From contig OY740809.1 in the NCBI GenBank assembly GCA_963514005.1, positions 22,878,001-22,942,000 on the forward strand: a stretch of DNA of 64,000 bases, given 5' to 3'. Made by a program: the position numbers and the translations under genes. Position 1 is the stretch's first letter; each line of letters opens with the position of its first letter. Below, piece by piece: positions 62,536 to 64,000 of this stretch. The stretch comes from Raja brachyura (lineage: Eukaryota). The notes under the pieces were generated by a model. That model worked only from the letters and a program-made list of their open reading frames with translations. It did not search any database and was not told the origin of the DNA.

Positions 62536-64000
62536 AATGCACTCGGTGTTTGATCTTTTATATAATGTTTCAGTGGCAATTTCTTCACTTTATATTCACA
62601 CTGAAATTCGCATAAGGCACTTTGTTGTTACCATGGAAATGATCTGACAAAAATTACTCAGGCTCAATATTTAAGATGTAACATTATTTTAATATAATTC
62701 AGGAATTTGATTTAACTCTCTTTGCTATTAAGTGTACAATTTATCTATCATTTATTAGTTTCATATGTTGTTCTTTATTTTCCAGAGTAATGCTACATCC
62801 CACATGTGGCCATGGGAGTGGAGGAGACACTAACCTGGAGTGAAAACATGTGAGTAGTTGGTTAAGTGTTTCTTTTTATTTTACTTAGTCTTAATATTTT
62901 AATTAATACATACGACTTGAGCTTGTTTCAAAATAAATGCATAATGTTTCAATGTTTTTTTTATTTTGTGACATTTTTAATGATTCTAACAAAGCAGCCA
63001 AATTAATGCTGCTTCTCGACTACATTCAAATACTTCCAAATGTATTTTCAACACTGCTAGGGTGTATCAAAATTATCATAAGTCCTCATAGACTCTTAAC
63101 AGCACAGAAAGGAGGCCATTTACAGTCATCCATTAAATCCCATACTTTATCCCAATAACCCTAAAAATATTTTCCCTCCAGTGTCTACCTTAATTCTATC
63201 TCAAAGCCCTGATTTTTTTTAAATTGCACTGCCTTAATAGATAGTTGGCAGTGTTAGCCCTCACAATCCCCCTGGTATCTTCTGCAAACATTGCCATTTC
63301 TCTATTTTTCATTTGCACTATGACATTAACCGGTGTCTTAAAAACAAAGTCTCCAATCCCCACAATTTATATTTAAATTCTGTGCATAACGCTCTTTACT
63401 TCAAATTTCTTCTCGAGTACATATTTTCCTTTTCGATTAATTTTCATCTGTTGCTTATCGTTTAATTCTTCTCATATCCCCCTATTGGTTTCGTGTTTAA
63501 TATATTTCATTAATTCAAGGCTGTTGTTTATTGTCAATTCCTAACACTCCTTTGGAATATGGTGCCAGGCTGGCTCTTTAATTATTGCTACCCTTGTGCT
63601 GAAAATATTTCAATATTATTAGAGAGGGAGATTCAGAATTTTGACCTGATGATGAAGGAAGTGTGATAAATTTTAAATTCCGCCTCAAATGTTTTCTGGA
63701 GGTAACATGAAGGTAGTGATGTTTTCATATATTTGCTCCCCTTGTCCTAATAATTTGTTGAAGCCATTGGTCTAGATGGTGCTCTGATGAAATCGTACTG
63801 TATTGCTTAATTGCATCTTAATGGTAACAGACACTAGCCATTTGGTAGCAATGTTACAACATTTTGAGATTTAAAAAATCAAGTCTGCAATTTATCCCAT
63901 CAGATAAAAAGAAGTTTAATTTGACACCAAATTCACTTTCATATCTTCAGCATTAAAAACGTTATGGCTATTTTCATACTTGGAAATTAGCATCTTGTTC

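Overview
Eukaryotic, repeat-rich vertebrate DNA. The HE1-type V-SINEs, HER1/CR1 LINE ends and Penelope-derived inverted repeats point to a cartilaginous fish (skate, ray or shark); this is inferred from the repeat landscape only. The single protein-coding gene is a complete minus-strand GATA4/5/6-class transcription factor. It has six GT-AG coding exons: 43291-43780, 32888-33054, 26354-26479, 23016-23103, 18324-18448 and 17159-17296, giving 1134 nt and 377 aa. It is closest to GATA4 but unusually diverged outside the C-finger. It lies in a ~25-28 kb CpG-retaining domain, with a candidate E-box promoter and non-coding first exon near 46.7 kb and a tandem polyA signal near 16.66 kb. The rest is transposon-derived: a young 5'-truncated Tx1-clade LINE with a 14-bp TSD in a GATA intron, a second Tx1-type tail fused to a SINE head, three PIF/Harbinger MITEs, CR1 and Rex1/Babar fragments, an L1 3' end with a perfect fold-back, and many Penelope terminal-repeat copies whose consensus is a minimal hammerhead ribozyme. 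Most short ORFs in the track are spurious. All family assignments come from motif recognition, not database searches.
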